Both the position numbers and the translations under genes were made by a program. DNA of 64,000 nucleotides, taken from NCBI RefSeq assembly GCF_009914755.1, contig NC_060930.1; one strand, 5' to 3'. Below are positions 1 through 16,599 of the stretch, in pieces. The notes beneath the pieces were generated by a model. That model saw nothing but the letters and a program-made list of their open reading frames with translations, was not told where the DNA came from and did not search any database. Every line of letters begins with the position of its first letter. Positions within the stretch are counted from its first letter, which is position 1. Origin of the DNA: the human T2T-CHM13v2.0 reference genome, Homo sapiens.

Positions 1-342
1 TATTTATAAACGTGATTGAGTATTGTTGATCGGAAGCTTATAGAAGCTTAAATCTCTGAGAAGCCTTATTTATATCTTTACTTTTGAGGCCAGTGTACTA
101 GACTAGTGGTTCCAACATGGCATCCCTGAGATGATCATTTGGGAATGTGGGAAAGAAATAAATAATACAACATATATTTTTAGTCTCATCCGTTCCACAT
201 TTTGGGGGTGGGTATGGCATGTTTTAAGTGCAGAATGTACAGTAATACATACATATAATTTATAAATAAATATACATATATTGGAAGTATGTGCTGAAAA
301 CACTTTATTGATGACAATCTGTGATGCAAAGATGAAGGTCAC

Positions 343-722
343 TATTCCAGTCAGTTTAGGTTATGCATTGGTAATGACCCCCAAACCTCAGTGACTTATA
401 GAAAGGTTTGTTCCTTGTTCATATTCTATGTCTTCATGGGTCAGCTACAACCCTGCTTTGTGTCATTTTGTCCCTGGACTCAGGCGGATCGAGTAGGCTC
501 TGTATACCGAAACTTCACCAGTTGCTGAGGCAAAAGGAGGAGAGAACTGGGTAAACTACATGCTCATAAAACTTTTGCTTAGGAATGACACACGTCACTT
601 CCACTCACATTTCACTGGCCAAAGCAAGTCACTTGGCTACGCTTTAGTTCAGCAGGTAGGGGGTGTATAATTCTCCCTCAGTGAGGGACTCAGTACAGGG
701 TGAATAGCGATACAGTCTACAC
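343..722 (-). mobile_element. MaLR LTR (MLT1, old subfamily)
   Basis: MLT1-type motif cacgtcacttccactcacatttcactggccaaagcaagtcac; ends ...ctacaca. Confidence 0.65.
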
Positions 723-1499
723 AGACATCCATTACCCTTCTATTTACTGTGTAGAGTATTTGCCTCTCTAGAGCTGCTCCTTAATCTGCTTTCAGGATTT
801 CAACAGAGTGAAATTGCCTCTCTCAGTTCCTGGTTTGATGCAGAATATAAAAAAGAAAAAGACACACAGCCAAAATCCTTAATTCTATTAGCAAGGCAGC
901 ATATAAAACAACATAATTTTGGAATATGGAAATATAACTTTGCCAAAACAGTTAAAACCCAGTGTAATTTTTACTTGATAAAAAATTGTACCATTATACC
1001 ATTTGAAACATTGAGGTACTGACTGTTGAGTGGGTGGATATGAATAATAGGGATTGAGATGTGGGGAATTATGAGTAGTAGTGGCAAGAGCAGAACTTCA
1101 AAGCTAGAATGTTCAGAGTCTCTATTGATTGAACATTAATCAGAGTGAAGGTTGAGCATCTCTAAAATAGTAATGTAAGTCACTCAAAAAATGTGTGTTT
1201 CATGTTGAGCCATTTGTTTATACACCTCTTTTTAGGAGGATGTTTACTTTGTGAAGCATACTACACCTTGATTATAAGATGTTGCAGTGATAACCTAGCT
1301 GGCTTTTATCAGTTATTTTGAATTCCCCTATACACCAAGACCTGTGCTAGTTTAATGAAATGACAAGTTTATAGAAACTGCATTAGTTGCAGTAAACATT
1401 TCACTTTATTACTTGAGGAAAAAGCCTGAAATATAGAAACTAATCAAAATGTAAATTACAGGTAGTAACAACAAGTGTTTACCATGTACTAAGGGTGTG

Positions 1500-1690
1500 C
1501 TGTATGTTAGGCCTATTGTACACACTTCACGTACTTTATTTAATCCCAAGAAAAGCTACATGAGATAGGTATGATTTTCTTCATTTTATCCCTGAAGAAA
1601 CTAAGGTGTAAAGAGGTTAACTAACCTGTTTAAGATTCAAAGACAAGTTTCTATGATTTTGAAAACTATTCTCTCTACTACTTTACTCTG
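1500..1690 (-). mobile_element. MIR SINE
   Basis: Core-like cattttatccctgaagaaactaaggtgtaaagaggttaa. Confidence 0.6.
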
Positions 1691-2245
1691 CTTTTATAAT
1701 TATTCCACTCTATCTGTTTTTACTTGTATTCTTTGTTAGTAGAAGTAGGAAGCCATTTAATCTTGTCTTGCTCTTTCAGAGAATGAGTATTTTTTTTAGG
1801 TATGCAGCAGGTAATCTCATTTAGGAGAACCTAAATAAATGAAATATCCTTACATTTTGTCCAATAGTTTTTAAGGAGAAAGAAAGAGTAAAGAGAATAT
1901 TCAGGATTATTTTAGGATTTCAAAATAATGAAGTTAATAGCAGTTTATACTAATTATTTAATAGTAAAGTTTCAGACAGTCATCCTACATTTTTCAGTGA
2001 GAATTGTCTTGTATTTTCCATTTCCATTTTGGTTATAACTAAATAGATAAATGAAGATTTAGAATTTGTTTGACAAATGGATGTATTTTTTAATTCATCA
2101 AAGAAAACCAGAATATTTACTCATAGGCCATGAAACAGGAAGTGACATGAAATTTAGATCGAATGTGCATGATTTAGAGTGTGTTTGCTTACTTTGGGTG
2201 AAAAGTTTAGAAACACATTGAATTCCTTAGAATTCTATCTATAAC

Positions 2246-2547
2246 CTTTTTTTTTTTTTTTGAGATGGAGTCTCACCCTGCCACCCGCGCTGGAGTGCAG
2301 TGGTGCGATCTCAGCTCACTGCAACCTTTGCCTGCCTCCTAGGTTCAAGCTATTTTCATGCCTCAGCCTCCTGAGTAGCTGGGATTACAGGCATGGCCCA
2401 CCATGCCCGGCTAATTTTTGTATTTTTAGTAAAGATGGGGTTTCACCATGTCGGCCAGGCTGGGCTCAAACTCCTGACCTCAGGTGATCTGCCCACCTCA
2501 GCCTCCCAAAGTGCTGGGATTTCAGGCATGAGTGACTGCACCCAGCC
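2246..2547 (-). mobile_element. AluS, full length
   Basis: Alu consensus with poly-T tail; TSD agaatt(c/t)tatctataac at 2229-2245 and 2549-2565. Confidence 0.95.
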
Positions 2548-3839
2548 CAGAATTTTATCTATAACTTCTAATCTGAGCAAGACTAGATAGCTTTTATTCT
2601 TCTTTGGGTGGGGGTAGATTTCAATGAGAAGAAATATTGCATTAAACTCTAATTTTTATTTAAGTTCTTGAGGTTTTTTTTTTTTTTCAAAATTATATCT
2701 TGTATATTTCCAAGGCAGAAGAGTATTTGGAGAAGTAAAGTCTCTTGTAGCTAAAGTATTCTGTTGTGTGGCAGTTGAACTGATGTGTGCTTCCCTGACA
2801 TTTACTTGGTAAGTAGTTAATTGCTTACCAAGTTAGAAATAACTGTGGTATCAGTAATACAAATACTTGAATTCAGGGAAAGGTGAGATACTATATTATG
2901 CTAGGTGAAGTATTAGTGGTACTTAGTTATTAATGTGGGATTTGTTTAGTTAGAACCTAAAACAATATTAGGACAAACATCTGTATGTTCAAAGATACTA
3001 GTTTCTTTATTGCTGGGTAAAAGGTGATTATAAAAGGATCATGACAGGTTAACACATTTGGCTTCAGTTTCAGTTTTGCCAGATCTAGGCAGGATTTATT
3101 TGGGCAACAAACAATACATGTAATCAATTATAATTATTCTTATTAATGGTGGGGAACACAGAGATGTATATTAAAATTTCATTTAATTTCAGATAAATGT
3201 TTACTGGGAAAATTTGAAATATATTTTTATATTTAGATTGGATGCTTACTTAAAAAGCAATGAAAGAACATTGTGAAGACATGAAGATTTCTTCTCCTTT
3301 CACCCTATCTCCCCAATCAGTTTCTTCCTTCATTAATTGCTGTTTGAGAATTATAGCTTGGCTCTAAAACTTAAAATAGCTACTTCCTCGCAGATATTTT
3401 CTGCATTGTGTGTCTGGTTGCCTATTTGAGTTTCAGAGAATTTCCCTTATGGAATGCAAAGTGAAAGGTAAATAGTCAATTAAGTAGAGAAGTTACTGTC
3501 AACAGAGTTATATGTAAACATAGCAAATGCTAAAGCAAAATAATCTGGCTTTAGCTCTTAGGGAAATATTTGCTATTGCTAAACCTCAATTTACATACTC
3601 TACAATGAGTGTTGATTATCTGTAATTTGTGCTCTGACCCTTTAAAATTTTTACCTATGAAACTTCTCATGGCATCTAGTTGTATTACATTTTTAGTTTC
3701 TGTATCTTTATCTTGTCCATCACCAAAGAGGAATTGAGGTGAAAATTTCCAGTTGATGAATTTGTCTTCCATTGCTTTTAATGTTACATGTTTGTTTAGC
3801 TTTCCTGCAAAGTAGTATCTGTTTATTTGCTTGGAGACC

Positions 3840-4000
3840 ACATGGCTTAGTGGACCTTAGCACTGGATAGACTTTGGTTGGAAATCCAGTTTGGTTTCTA
3901 CTCATATTAATTAGCTATAAAACTAAGATAATATCCAGCTTATAGGGTTATTAGTAGGATTAAGTGAGATAGTATAAGTAAAATAGCATAGTAACTAGTA
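3840..4000 (+). mobile_element. MIR fragment
   Basis: atagggttattagtaggattaagtgagatagtataagtaaaa resembles the MIR 3' region. Confidence 0.5.
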
Positions 4001-4106
4001 GATAGTACACATGGATTTCAGTCGTCATCAACTTTTGAATAATCTACTAGATTGACACACCTAAACTTCATCCTCTGCTGTATTTCAACTTTCATATAAT
4101 AAATGG

Positions 4107-6828
<2,722 letters not shown>

Positions 6829-7565
6829 ACCCTTCCTCTGTTGCCCAGTCTAGAGGGTAGTGGTGTGATCATAGTTCACTGTAGCCTTAAACTCCTGGGC
6901 TCAAGAGATCTTCCCACCTCAGCCTTTTTTTTTTTTTTTTTTAAATTAGCTGTGTGTAATGGTGTGTGTCTGTAGTCCTATCTCAGCTGGGACTACTAGG
7001 TATGCACCATCACACCCAGCTAATTAAAAAAAAGTTTTTTTAGGTTGGGTATAATGGTTTATGCCTGTAATCTTAGCCTATTGGGAGGCCAAGGTGGGAG
7101 AATCACTTGATTCTAGGGATTTGAGACTAGCCTGGGTAACACAGTAAGACTGTGTCTCTATAAAAAATTTAAAAAATGGCCAGGCATGGTGGCTCACATC
7201 TGTAATTCTAACACTTTGAGAGGGCAAGGGAGTAGGATCCCTTGAGCCCAGGAGTTCGAGACCAGCCTGAGCAACATAGGGAGATCCCATCTCTATAAGA
7301 AAAAATATAATATTAAAACAATTTAAGAATAATTAGCTGGGCGTGGTGGTTTGTGCCTGTAGTCCCAATTACTCAGAAAGTTCAATTACTCAGTGAGCCG
7401 TGATCATACCATTGCATTCCAGCCTGGGTGAACAAACAAGACCCTGTTAGAGATGGGGTTTCACTTAGTCGCCCAGGCTAGTCTCAAACTCCTGGCCTCA
7501 AGCGATCCAACCGCCTCAGCCTCCCAAGTAGCTGGGACTACAGATGCCAACTCCCATGCCTGGCC
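6829..7565. mobile_element. Nested cluster of AluJ/monomer fragments in both orientations
   Basis: Minus AluJ part 6829-7040, plus monomer ~7043-7175, plus AluJ 7178-7445, minus monomer 7449-7565. Confidence 0.85.
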
Positions 7566-7569
7566 ATTT

Positions 7570-8600
7570 GTACATTTTAACCATTCTAATTGTCATGTAG
7601 TGGTATGTCATTGAGGTTTCCATTATGGTTTCAAACCCTGATGACTAAGGAGGTTGAGCATCTTTTAATACATTTTTTGGCTCTTTGAGTTTTCTCATTT
7701 GTAAAGTGCCTGTTAATGTCTTTTGCTAATTTTTCTATTGGATTGACTATTTTTTTTGTTATTTCTGTTCTGGCTGTTCTTGGCCCTTTGCATGTTCATG
7801 TACATTTTAGAACCAGAATGTCCACACACAGAGGCATACGCAAAAGCTATTACGATTTTGTTTGGGATTGTATTGAATCTATAGGTTAATTTGAAGAGAT
7901 TTAAAACATTTACAGTATTAAGTTTTCTGGTTGATGTTTAGGGTATCTCTGTTAATTAATTTTTCTCCAGTTTCTCTAAGATTTTATATTTTTGTTGGTG
8001 AAGGCCTTGCACATATTTTGTTAGATTTATTCCTAAATCCTTGATAGTTTTAATTCTGGTGTAAATTGTAGCTTAAAAAATTCCCTTACTGAATTTTGTT
8101 GCTGGCATATAGAAATACAATTAGTTTTTCTATATTTTTTTATTTCTATTTTTTATTTTTTGAGACCGAGTCTTGCCTTGTCACCCAGGCTGGAGTGCAG
8201 TGGCACAATCCTGGCTCACCGCAACCTCCACCTTCCAGGTTCAAAGCAATTCTTCTTCCCCACCCTCCTGAGTAGCTGGGATTACAGGCATGCACCACCA
8301 TGCCCAGCTAATTTTTTTTTTTTTGATATCTTTAGTAGAGATGGGGTTTCACCATGTTGGCCAGGCTGGTCTCAAACTCCTGACCTCGTGATCCACCCGC
8401 CTCAGCCTCCTGAAGTGCTGGGATTACAGGTGTGAGTCACCGCACCCTGCCGGTTTTTCTATATTTGAATCCAGAAACCTGACTCAATTAGGCCAATAGT
8501 TTTAATAATTTATCGTGGATTCTTCTGGATTTTCTAAGTATACTAAATCATATAATCTGCAAATAGAGTTTCAGTTCTTCTTTTTCAATCTTGATACTTT
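7570..8600 (-). mobile_element. Old L1M ORF2 fragments (interrupted by Alu)
   Basis: Degenerate L1 motifs, e.g. gggattgtattgaatctataggttaatttg and atcatataatctgcaaatagag. Confidence 0.7.
8138..8452 (-). mobile_element. AluS
   Basis: Alu consensus; TSD gtttttctatattt at 8124-8137 and 8453-8466. Confidence 0.93.
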
Positions 8601-9022
8601 TTTGTTCTTACCTATATTGTTTTTATTCATGGAGTCTCATTTCCTGGTGTGCTTTGTTACTGTTGTATGCTGGAGATTGTGTTTCGAAAGTTATTTGTGG
8701 ACTATATTGAAGCTTAGGAGGATTATATCTTTCTAGAAGGGTTTTCATTTGTTTTTTTTTTTTTTTCATTGGCCTGGGGTCATTGCTGGTCCAGGACAAT
8801 TTTAATTTAAATCTGGGATCTGAGATCTCAGAACCACTAGATAAGTTGAAAATGGGTTGTAGATCCATATGAAGGCTGATAAGGTTCTGGTTCATCCTCA
8901 AGTAATTGTTCACAGCTACAGGAATTTCAGGGGTTTCTTCCTGACTCCATTGAGTTTTAAATTTCTGTGCCTAAATTTTTTTGTCTATTTCTAGAAATTT
9001 TTTTTTTCTTTTTCCTTTTTTT

Positions 9023-9315
9023 CCTTATATAGGCCTAATCATCTCTGAAATGTCATTTCTTACATTCATCTAAACGTGTGTTTGGAACCTGTTTAATAAA
9101 ACACAGGTTTCATTTATTGATATAAAACAACACATCACAAAGGTTTTGTGCACGCTGCTTGATTTTAGGTCTTAGGGCTGGATGTTTGTATGTTCCTGTA
9201 AGGGCTCAATGGGCTCAGAAATGTCATTTCTTAGATTCTACAAACTGTGTGTTTGGAACCTTTTTAATGAAAACCCAGGTTCCATTCAGTGATGTAAAAC
9301 AGCACATCAGAAAGC
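9023..9315. repeat. Isolated ~1.7-monomer diverged alpha satellite
   Basis: gaaatgtcatttctta recurs at 9047 and 9218 (period exactly 171). Motifs ggctcaatgggctc-aaatgtc-agattctacaaa-tgtgttt-cacatcacaaag align with the alphoid consensus. Confidence 0.85.
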
Positions 9316-9788
<473 letters not shown>

Positions 9789-11186
9789 TAGTTTTATTCT
9801 ATACCTTGTTATAAAATACAACGTGCTTGACATTGTATTTGGAAATTTATTTGTAGGAATACTTTGAGGTGTACTGTGAAGGTTCCTCCAGAGAGGATTT
9901 GAGTTTGCTTTTGCGAGGTGCCTGGGCATTTGAATCAGGTACCGCCTTAAAACAAGTTCAAGGCTTGGGATTCCCTGATATCCTACATCATTTGAGCAGG
10001 AAGGTCTCTCGTCAGATATCCCACTTTGTGTGGGCCTGACTTTGTATATTAACTTTCTGTGCTGTAAAGATGTTTTTAAAATTTTATCAGTGTTTTGTTT
10101 TGTTTTGTTTTGTTTTCTCTAGGAGGTTGACCTAAATAATGTAGCCTGTTTTACTGAAACAGCAAGTTCTACTGCAGTTTGTTTAACTAGATACATGTTG
10201 GACATTTAGTTTTTTTCTTTATTATTATAAATAACACTGTAATAAAGAAACGTTTTTATTTGTGTGCTTGTCCTGTTATTTACTTGTGATTAATCTGAAA
10301 ATAAAATAGTTACAATCTGCATTTTTAAAGGCTATTTGATATGTATTATCAAAGTATGGTACACAAAGATTGTCCTAACACTGTGTATTCTAAATCTTTT
10401 TAACTTTTACCATTTTGATAGATGGAAAATAGTACACATTATTATTTTAATTTAGCATTTATTATTTTTACTTATATAACTATTGGCTGTTCATGTTTTA
10501 CTACTTTTGGGTTATGAAAGCTTACATACTGCCAACTAGGGGCTTACTGAGGCTAACTCACACATCAGATGATGTAAATATTTCCCTCAGTTTGTCACTT
10601 ATATTTCATCTTCATTTACAAAAATATATATATGTTTTGGTATAGAAGTTTAACGCTTGTACTAATCAGATCTATCAATTTTTTATAAAGCCATAATCAG
10701 TCTGAGATAATAAATTTATAGTTGTTCCTAGAAAAACTAGTGTTTTAAGTTTGGAATTGTCTTATGTGGTTAGAAAATTGAGAAATAGTCAAACCACTCT
10801 AACCTCAATTAGGATATTTTAATGTATTAACATAACTCAAATTAGGATAATGCTAATTTTTAGTCTATGTTAACCTGAGTTTTTATGATAAGTTTTTTCC
10901 TTTTTCTCATTAAAATATTTTCTCTTTGTCTGCTACTGTTCTTTTGATGTATACCTTCAGAAATTGGCAGGGTTGAAATCTGAAAGAATATTCAATGTAG
11001 GTTTTTTTCTGTATTTTGCCTTCACTAATGATAGTGATTCAGATATCATGTTAGAAATGATTTGAGATATCAAGGTTTTAAAATTTTTAATAAAAGTAAA
11101 CAGTATTCATTAAAACAGGAAATCATTTTATTGAAACTGAATGAGGACTTCAAATTTTTATAACAGCTTAAAATATGTTTTTTTAG

Positions 11187-11282
11187 ATAAGTGATGAAGA
11201 GAAGACTCTTCGAGAACAGGAGATTGTTGCCTCATCACCAAGTTTAAGTGGACTTAAGTTGGGGTTCAAGTCCATTTATAAG
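11187..11282 (+). CDS. PRIM2: PRIM2 (DNA primase large subunit p58) internal exon, ~exon 6, ~aa 154-185
   Basis: Acceptor ttttttag|ATA and donor AAG|gtatgt. 96 nt, phase 0/0. Translates [32 protein letters not shown], matching recalled human PRIM2 except K for E at ~181 (codon 11268-11270). Confidence 0.93.
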
Positions 11283-11379
11283 GTATGTAAACATGTAAAA
11301 TACTTCCTAGGTTTTGTAAAATATGTCGCATTGAGCTTTATATACATATTTAATTAATCCATTTTTATAGCCTCTCATC

Positions 11380-11800
11380 ACCACAGCTACTCTGTCTCCT
11401 GCACAGATACTGTCCTCATTGCACTAATGGTGTGCCAATGTTCTCTCCTGGGCTGTCTCCTTCCACAGATGCATTCCCAACCCTGCTTGGGCTCTGACCT
11501 CCCATTACAGGCTGTTTTCCTAATGGAATACCTCCTTGCATTGTTTGGGTTCTTACACCCTGCACTGGGCCAGGAAACCCTCATCACCCATTTGGCCCAA
11601 CACTCTGTTTGGATTGCTGCCTTGCGTGGAAGCCCCCCTTCCTTTCTCTTGGCCTCTGACATCGTGGTGTCTCGCCTCATGGTCTCTCTGTCATTCCACT
11701 GGGCTCTGACATTGTAAGCCTACGTTTTTTCCTATGGGAATGCCCTCCTTAACCTACTCAGATTCCATCATCCTGTGCTTGGCCACCTCAGTTTCCCCTC
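11380..11800 (+). mobile_element. Probable L2 internal fragment in intron 6
   Basis: CT-rich degenerate sequence resembling the L2 ORF2 region; weak recognition. Confidence 0.35.
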
Positions 11801-13310
11801 CCCACTCAGTTCAGATAACTACTTCATATGAACCCTTCCAGAAGGGGAAGAGGGAAGAGTTTAAATTCATTTTACAATTTGATAACTACAACCCCACAAT
11901 TTCCTTTGAAAAGAATGTGCTAATTATTACGAGTGAGTGCCAGTAGTTTAAAGTCCTGCCCCATTCCAGCTTCTTCGTTTCGACTGTTGGGCCATCATTC
12001 AGTCAGCCTTTCAAGCCTAGAGTGTGGCGATCAATATTTATTTCTCTTACACCACACATTTCCAGTTACTCTGCCTTCACATCATCTTTTGCTTCTACTT
12101 GGGCATTTTTGTTTCCACTGTGACCACCTTAATAAGCTAGAATCATGAAATACTATGGCTAAAGAATCCCTAAGGGTCAGTTAGCCTCTCTCTTCCTCCC
12201 CTCTCTCAGCTTTACAGATCTGGCTGCTGAGATTTAAAGGCATTCATTAAATTCACCAAATAAGTCTAGTCAGTATCAGAGCTTGGACTAGAACTCATGT
12301 TTCTTCCCTATATTATTGCAGTAAACCCTCTTACCTGCTCATCTGATATGTCCTATGTAAGCTACCTATTTGGTGCAGTATCACACAATTCTACCCTGTA
12401 GGGCTGTTTGACTTTCCGTGTGTGCCCATGAGGGCAGGGACTGTGTTGCAGTTGTAGAAATCGGTAAATTAATTGAAAGTTGTTAAAAAGCACATGATCT
12501 GTTTATAGTGTGAGATGTCATTGGATATACAGAAAATTGTATGCATTTATATTTAATTCTTCCTTAAAACTTGAATGAACAGGCAATTTGGGAATCATTT
12601 TTCACCTAATTTTTTAACCTCGTTTTTTTAAAAAAGAAAAATTCTATTGGAGAGTAAGAATGATTTTTACAGTTTACTAATATCATACTTTGCTCATCTC
12701 TTAGAATTTTAAGATTGTTCATAGGGTTTAAAAATCTAAGATTTTTAAAAATAAATTCTTGGGGCAAATACTTATTTTAATAGCAAAACTGAATGCTTAT
12801 TATTTCCATTTCTTAGCACTGAGATTAGCTTTCTCAATATATTTCTCTGGAGTGAGAATGGAAACATATATGAAGAAATTAGAATTTACTTACAAGTAAT
12901 TTTCAGCTCTGAATATGTTGTTTACAAATTAGGATTCTCTCTGATGCAGAATACAATGTGGGATATGTGAGGTGAATGCAACATGTGTAGAAGTCTTGAG
13001 TTAAGAGTTTGAAATCCTGGGGATTATGTTTTGTAAATTCAGAGGTTAAGGAATAAAAGAAAGCATTCCAACTTGGCCTTTTAGTGTTACTACTTTTCAA
13101 AACATCAACTCTGAAATGAACATATTTTTGTACTGCCACTGTTTGCTAATGCTGTTGAGTTTTAAGGAGGATAAATTAATCATTTTTATATTCTTTTGGC
13201 TCTGCTAGGACTAATGAATTTCTTTGTTTATACTTTATACATATGAAGACTTAGGAGGATTTCTTACTGACAGGTGCTGACTTATTTTGCCTGTTTCACT
13301 CTTAATTCAG

Positions 13311-13448
13311 ATCCCTTTTGCTGATGCTCTGGATTTGTTTCGAGGAAGGAAAGTCTATTTGGAAGGTGGCTTTGCTTACGTACCACTTAAGGACATTGTG
13401 GCAATCATCCTGAATGAATTTAGAGCCAAACTGTCCAAGGCTTTGGCA
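13311..13448 (+). CDS. PRIM2: PRIM2 internal exon, ~exon 7, ~aa 186-231
   Basis: Acceptor cttaattcag|ATC and donor GCA|gtaagt. 138 nt, phase 0/0. Translates [46 protein letters not shown], matching recalled PRIM2 except G for D at ~204 (codon 13365-13367). In frame with the preceding exon across a 2028-nt intron. Confidence 0.95.
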
Positions 13449-14789
13449 GTAAGTATTTTACTTTATTTCTGTATCTGACATGTTCACACTTTCAGTTATA
13501 TACTCCTGGTAGTTTTATTCTGTGTTTCTCTAGGAAATAAGTTAATTCAGTTTTCATAATGATATTCAGATTACTTATGATGTTGTACTATTAATCCCAA
13601 AACTCCTAGGTTTTTATTTGTTACTATCCATAGTTGGTTTTTAAGTTTTTTTTCTTGATCCTACTAATACCAATGCTGAGTGATTAATTTTGTGAGTAAC
13701 CTCTGTGGGTTTCTTCATGGTCATGTCTTTTTTCCTTAGAAATAGACTTCGTATATGGCTCTTAACAATTAGTGTGGCCTGTGGTAGATATAACTCCTAG
13801 ATTTCTGTTCTGAATTAGTATTTGGTATCAGTAGAAGACAATATAGAAGAAAATCTTAAGTACTAACACTGTGATATGCTAGTGCTGCAATGAGTAGCTC
13901 CGTACTGGGTGAATTTGGAGGTAGCTGTGTTGAACAAATGACATGATCAGTGATTTTTAAGTAGTTTGTTGGAAGTGTGACTCTTAAGTGGTGATATCTT
14001 AAAACTATACACATTTTTATATGTAAAACACGTATTTTACAGTTGTTGTCTCTTAATCTGAGTCAGTTTTTAATATTTTTTTTGTACCTAATGCAGAAGA
14101 AGACTTCAAAGGTTTGTGACATGGCTGTTTTAAACTGTACTGATTATAGTGTAAGCATATGCCAAGCTTTCCTTCTGAGTTAAAAACTGTAGTATTTTCT
14201 GATATAAATAAATTTTTATTGACTCTCTGGGGTTACCTAAATATGTATAATTTAGCTATGTCAGCACTTGGGAAGACTAAAATACTAACTCTGTGTTTAT
14301 TAAATGAAGGAATTTATGAGAACACCTAGCATAACAGGTATTTAGTAACTGTTAATATTCTTTCTCCATTCCTAATCCTGTTATTTCTTTATCCTCATGA
14401 AAGGTGATGCTTTTAAATTTTTTCTTTACTTGTCTGTCACTACCCTAGATTATATTCTAGTTATAGCTAAGAATAGTGTCTTTCACCACTGTGGAAGACA
14501 CTGATACTTGTCTACTGTTTGGCCATTGCTCTTTTATTATTCTTAGTTTTATTCACCCATATTCTCTCTGTTGACATTTTAGACCACACTTCTTTGTGTG
14601 AAATAGACAAATATTTTCCAGCATATTGGATAGTTTTAGCTGTCATCTATTAAATGCTGGTGGTAGACCCCAGTCTCCATGACAACCAAAAATATCACCA
14701 TGCATTTCAGAAAACTTCTGGCATGTTAATGCTACTATTAATCTGATCATAGTCATTTCCTTCTTACCAAATTTTTAATTTATGCCTGT

Positions 14790-15180
14790 GACAATGTAAT
14801 TGTGGCTAAAAAGTATGAGTTCTTTGGGGGCTTCTGAAAAAAGTTTTTCTTGCTAAAAAAAATGCATGTGGGATGAAGTAGTCTTTTTTCCCCCCTCTGG
14901 ATATTGTTGTAACTGAATGTGATGCCTGGAACAGCTACAGCCATCTAGAGATGAGGCAGGTAACTTCGGGACGACCCAATTTGCTGCATAGACATGTAGA
15001 AAGATGGAAAGAATCTGAGTCCTTGTTGCTGTCGTTGAGTTGCTGAATTAACCTATTCTGGAACCACCAAACTTTTTATTACATGGGATAATGAAGTTTT
15101 AATTTTTAAAGGCACTAACTTAGGTACTCATATTTGAGTGGAATTCTCTTTCTCTAGTAGCAGAAAGCATCCTGGTACCT
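14790..15180 (+). mobile_element. MLT1J-like MaLR LTR
   Basis: gtgatgcctggaacagctacagccatct...agaaagatggaaagaatctgagtccttg motifs. Confidence 0.65.
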
Positions 15181-15464
15181 AGATCAGTGTCTGCGTTAGT
15201 TAGTGTTTTCTTTTCTAGTTGCAGGTAACAGCCTATGCTACATTAACCAGTAAATAGAATCTGCTAGCTCATAAAAGTGAGAAGTCTAGATATAATATGG
15301 ACTTCAGACATAGCTTGCCGAATGTTTCATCCCTTTCTCTGAATATGTCTTTACCCTTATGTGTATGCCTTATCCTCAGTCTGGCTTTCTGATGGTTGCA
15401 AAAATAGTTACCATGGGATCAGGCTTTATTTCTGTATAGCATACTATCTGAAAGAATTTCTTTG

Positions 15465-15829
15465 TCCCTGGGCAGAAGTTTGAAATCAAGGTGTCCGCAT
15501 GGCCATGCTTCCTCTGAAGGTGCTGGGGAAAGATCTATTCCACATCTGTCTTCTGGCTTCTGGTAGTTCTTTGACTTGTGGCAACATAACTCCAGTCTTC
15601 ACATGGCATTCACCCTGCATGTCCCAAATTCTGCTTTTTCTAAGGATATCAGTCATATTGGGATATCATTTTTCTAAGGATATCAGTCACCTCTCAACTC
15701 CAATGTGACCTCATTGTAACTAAGTACATCTGCAACAATCCTATTTCTAAATAAGGTCACATTCTGAGGTACTGGGGGTTAGTACGTCAACATATGATTT
15801 TCTTGGGACAGAGTTTAACCCGTATCACA
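15465..15829 (-). mobile_element. MLT1B/C-like MaLR LTR
   Basis: gaagtttgaaatcaaggtgtc...cctatttctaaataaggtcacattctgaggtactgggggttag; internal 21-bp direct repeat tttttctaaggatatcagtca. Confidence 0.75.
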
Positions 15830-16599
15830 TGTCTATCACTAAAGCAGCTATTGTGGTTTAAGGGATGGCCTAGCCTAAGATCATGTGTCTGCCCTTTTAG
15901 ATGGGGGATCATGGGAGCTGAGAGTCAGTGTGTTCCTGAAACCACAATATCCCAAACAAAAATGGATGATTGTTAGGAATGGGGAGAGGGGAGAATGAAG
16001 ATGGGGAGGCAGACAACAATTGTCTACTACCTAGAAAAGACACTGAATGTGAATTAAATGTACAAAATTTTTCACTTTGTAATTTCTTTCAAGCCAAGCT
16101 GCCCAGTGCCCAAAAACCTAACTATGAAAATGAATCTGAAATTCTTTTACTTTTGGGTTTAAAGCTACTTCTGATTTTGTGTATTGCAAAGTTTAAATAA
16201 ATTTTTAATAAGTTTTGACTGTTTGTTTTATAAATTTGCCTTGAAATCAACTTTAAAAATGTAAAAAAAAATTTTACATTTGCCACTCATTTTTATTTTA
16301 GATAAGTCAAGATATTCTATGTATATTTGTGATTTATCATCCCAATATTCCAGTGTAGAAAGAAGGATATGTGGCAGATTTTTGCAAAATTTTACAATTT
16401 TTTTCTACTTTCTGGGTAGAAATGAGGGGTCTATACTGAGAGAAAAGACAAAACTTGGGTTCCTAAGTTTGTAATAAATTCATTTCAGCCAACTGCACCT
16501 AAGCTTTCTACCTTGTTGATAAGAAATTAGTATTTATGAACTTTGAATTCCATTCTTCTTCACTTCTTTCTACTCATTCTTCCCCTTCCAAACATACTT

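Larger units (their letters stand above)
11187..13448 (+). pseudogene. PRIM2BP: Possibly the unprocessed segmental-duplication copy of PRIM2 rather than the canonical gene
   Basis: Inference from E181K and D204G occurring together, which I recall as paralogous-sequence differences. No stop or frameshift in these two exons. Confidence 0.55.

Noticed and set aside
9023-9315. Functional centromere or CENP-B site
   Set aside because: Under two monomers, highly diverged, no TTCG-N4-A-N2-CGGG box on either strand.
11387-11946. Cluster of 70-97-aa ORFs in intron 6
   Set aside because: No recognisable homology; GC-richer, L2-like sequence gives chance ORFs on both strands.
13287-13478. 63-aa ORF overlapping PRIM2 exon 7 as a standalone gene
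   Set aside because: The extensions are intronic read-through beyond clear AG and GT splice sites; only 13311-13448 is coding.
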